From assembly GCA_035559535.1 (NCBI GenBank), contig DATMBG010000050.1:1-64000 (forward strand): a stretch of 64,000 nucleotides of DNA, in the 5' to 3' direction. How positions within the stretch are numbered: the stretch's first letter is position 1; each line of letters opens with the position of its first letter. This document shows positions 61,783-64,000 of this stretch, piece by piece. Below the pieces are notes generated by a model. The model did not search any database, was not told the DNA's origin, and saw only the letters and a list, made by a program, of their open reading frames with translations. Source of the DNA: Candidatus Limnocylindrales bacterium (GTDB lineage Bacteria > Moduliflexota > Moduliflexia > Moduliflexales > JAUQPW01). A program made the position numbers and the translations under genes.

Positions 61783-62661
61783 ATGGATCGTAGCGATGTT
61801 CTGAAAAAGAAACAACGCCTAGAGCTTTTTACCAGGCTTAAGACCCTCAGTCCGCTGGCCGGGGAATGGGACAGTTCTTTGGAAGGAGAAGGTTCTGATC
61901 TGTCTGAGATTCGGGAATACCAGCCCGGGGATGATATCCGAAAAATCGATTGGAAAACCACGGCAAAAATGGGCCAGTTTTATATGAAGACTTTCCTGGC
62001 CGAACGTGATCTAACAGTTATGATCCTTTTAGATCAAAGTCGATCGATGCGGTTTGGATCCCTGGCCAGGAAGAAACAGGAAACCCAGGCCATGGTCGTA
62101 GGACTTCTGGCTCTGTCCGCTCTTGTAAAAAATAACCGGGTAGGACTTATCGGATTTACCGATCAGATTGAAACGTATATTCCTCCCCAGCGGGGACGCG
62201 GACATCTGTGGAAAATTATCGATGTTCTTCTCACCGAACCGAAAAATCCAAAAACGAGCTTAAAATGTGCCCTGGATTGGTTGGAAGCCCGAGTAAAAAA
62301 AAGCCTGGTTTTCATCGTTTCAGATTTTCTCATCGATCCGGCAGAGTTTGAGCTTCTTCGCTATCTCAACAAAGAGTACGATCTTATTCCTGTAATTATC
62401 GAAGATCAGCGGGAGCTGGAGCTTCCTAAAGGGAAGGGGCTCGTAAGACTCCAGGACATGGAAACAGGTCAGATCCTCCTGTGGGATGCCGTCCAGGATG
62501 GAGAGGTATTTGCTGCGTTGATGCAAAAATGGAGACAAACCCGGCAAGAAGCCTTTTCTGCCTTGGGATTGGATTATGTCACTTTTTCAACAGAAGAGGA
62601 TACCTATGTAGAAAAAATCGACGCCCTCTTCCAGAAGAGACGAATGCGAAGGGTGAATTAA
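61783..62661 (+). CDS. DUF58 family protein
   Basis: EIREYQPGDDIRKIDWKTTA, LDQSRSMRFG, IVSDF; follows MoxR. Confidence 0.92.
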   Translation: MDRSDVLKKKQRLELFTRLKTLSPLAGEWDSSLEGEGSDLSEIREYQPGDDIRKIDWKTTAKMGQFYMKTFLAERDLTVMILLDQSRSMRFGSLARKKQETQAMVVGLLALSALVKNNRVGLIGFTDQIETYIPPQRGRGHLWKIIDVLLTEPKNPKTSLKCALDWLEARVKKSLVFIVSDFLIDPAEFELLRYLNKEYDLIPVIIEDQRELELPKGKGLVRLQDMETGQILLWDAVQDGEVFAALMQKWRQTRQEAFSALGLDYVTFSTEEDTYVEKIDALFQKRRMRRVN

Positions 62662-62741
62662 TGGCCTCTGGGATCCGTAATTCCCCCAGTCCACGGGGGG
62701 ATGGAAGGGAGGCTTTTTCCTTTTATCTGTAATAACGGACC

Positions 62742-64000
62742 ATGAATAAAAGACCCATGAATGTTTTCGTTTATTTACTCTTCTTCTTTTTTTTGGAAAT
62801 CAATTCCTGGGTTTCTGCCCAGGCCCTTCAGGATATCGTAAGATCTCCATCCAATCCCTCAAATACCGCTACACCCAATAAGGCCAAATTTGTCATTACC
62901 GATTTTTACTACCGGGATGACGAAGGGAAAAAAGTTCCCTTGGTCCTCTACTTGAAAGCCTTTGCAGTCCGGCTTAGACCCGGGGTTAAACCGGAGAGTT
63001 TCATGGGCCTTTATAAAGAGGATTCCAGAGTAGCAGGAATTACAGATCGACCGGATTTAAACCTTTTGATTGTGCAGGTCAAGAAAGAGATTCAATCCGA
63101 TCAGAATCTCTTAGATATCCTCAATGAAGTCAATACCAGTTCGTCCATGGTTCAATTTGCAACGCCTATTGTTCAAACTCAGGGAAAAACGCTGATATTG
63201 ACCGATGAGTTCACGGCCAGATTTAAATCCTTTGTTACTCCTGAAGAGATTAATGAATTTAATAAAAAACATCAACTGGAAAGACTCTCAGTAGAGAAAG
63301 AGAACAATAAGTACCAACTTTTTGTTTTACAACTGACCCCGGCTTCGGATAAAAATATTCTTCAGATGGTTCATACCTATGAAGAAAGTGATCTGGTTAA
63401 AAATGCGCGGCCCCGATTCCTCTCTCTTCCAAAACCCCTGGTTGTAAAGGCCTATTTAACCCCTTCGGTTGTTAATCCAGGAGATCCGGTCCTGTACCGG
63501 TTACAGATAATTCGAGACGAGAATGTCCAGATTGAAGAATCGCTTCTTTCGCCGGGTTCCATTAATCTCAAACCGGCTCATTTAGATGCCAAGGCGTTCA
63601 AAATCCTGGATGATCCTGGCAGCCCTTTGCCAGGAACTCAATCCGAATCACGGACCGAAGATAATCAGATCCTCACGACCAGGAATTATCGGCTGGTGTT
63701 TTATGCCCCCGGAGAATACGAAATTCCTTCTGTTAACATCCTTTATACGATTAAAAAAGAAGGATCTGATCAGGGGCCTGGAGAAACTCAAGAAATCCAG
63801 ACAGATCCCATACCGGTTAAAGTCGTCTCTCTACTTCCGGCAAACATGAAGGACATTAACGGTATTCCTTTAGAAGGGCCTTTAACAAACCTGCCGGAGA
63901 TATCTAAATTTTCTGCCTATCGTACCTTGTTGTTAGGATTTATACTCCTTATTTTTTCCCTGGTCGGCCTGTTCCTGCTGATCTACACCTGGACCAGACA
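62742..64000 (+). CDS. Exported BatD-like protein of the MoxR operon, partial (runs off the window)
   Basis: Absent from the ORF track because it has no stop. Hand translation is open from ATG 62742: signal peptide (..WVSA-QA), an N-terminal region, then VKAYLTPSVVNPGDPVLYRL...APGEYEIPSV...PVKVVSLLP and a TM helix at the edge. Confidence 0.8.
   Translation, partial: MNKRPMNVFVYLLFFFFLEINSWVSAQALQDIVRSPSNPSNTATPNKAKFVITDFYYRDDEGKKVPLVLYLKAFAVRLRPGVKPESFMGLYKEDSRVAGITDRPDLNLLIVQVKKEIQSDQNLLDILNEVNTSSSMVQFATPIVQTQGKTLILTDEFTARFKSFVTPEEINEFNKKHQLERLSVEKENNKYQLFVLQLTPASDKNILQMVHTYEESDLVKNARPRFLSLPKPLVVKAYLTPSVVNPGDPVLYRLQIIRDENVQIEESLLSPGSINLKPAHLDAKAFKILDDPGSPLPGTQSESRTEDNQILTTRNYRLVFYAPGEYEIPSVNILYTIKKEGSDQGPGETQEIQTDPIPVKVVSLLPANMKDINGIPLEGPLTNLPEISKFSAYRTLLLGFILLIFSLVGLFLLIYTWTR

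Noticed and set aside
60662-64000. mxaRSA methanol dehydrogenase maturation cluster
   Set aside because: MoxR-DUF58-BatD operons are widespread, and no mxaF/xoxF or other mxa-specific evidence is in the window.

Overview
Bacterial chromosomal window, probably from a diderm since it encodes outer-membrane barrel-type proteins. I saw no rRNA, tRNA, CRISPR array, transposase or phage gene. Left to right: (1) a Zn/Mn-type ABC ATPase, then a permease whose frame runs without a stop into a signal-peptide-bearing outer-membrane-receptor-like domain (cut by the window edge); (2) an archaeal-type H4MPT/methanofuran C1 cluster (fwdD-fwdB-DUF1097-fwdA-ftr-fwdC-mch, then a hybrid histidine kinase and a RimK/MptN-like ligase) whose FwdB keeps its Fe-S and Mo/W ligands; (3) glgA and an atypical class III nucleotide cyclase; (4) the ffh-rpsP-khpA-rimM-trmD-SPOUT-rplS-rnhB-plsY-era block; (5) CIRCE-hrcA-grpE-dnaJ with no dnaK; (6) a ~20 kb corrin-ring operon behind a cobalamin riboswitch, carrying both CbiX and CobN/ChlID-type chelatases and a secreted beta-propeller; (7) a CxxCH-bearing outer-membrane barrel plus cupredoxin, divergent from an ECF sigma/zinc anti-sigma pair; (8) eno, an isoaspartyl peptidase, trpE/trpG/trpS with a Trp-rich leader attenuator, and the start of a MoxR-DUF58 operon. 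Short-period (7-8 bp) tandem and inverted repeats sit at many gene junctions and also in frame inside several proteins. All product calls come from recognising motifs by eye, not from database searches.
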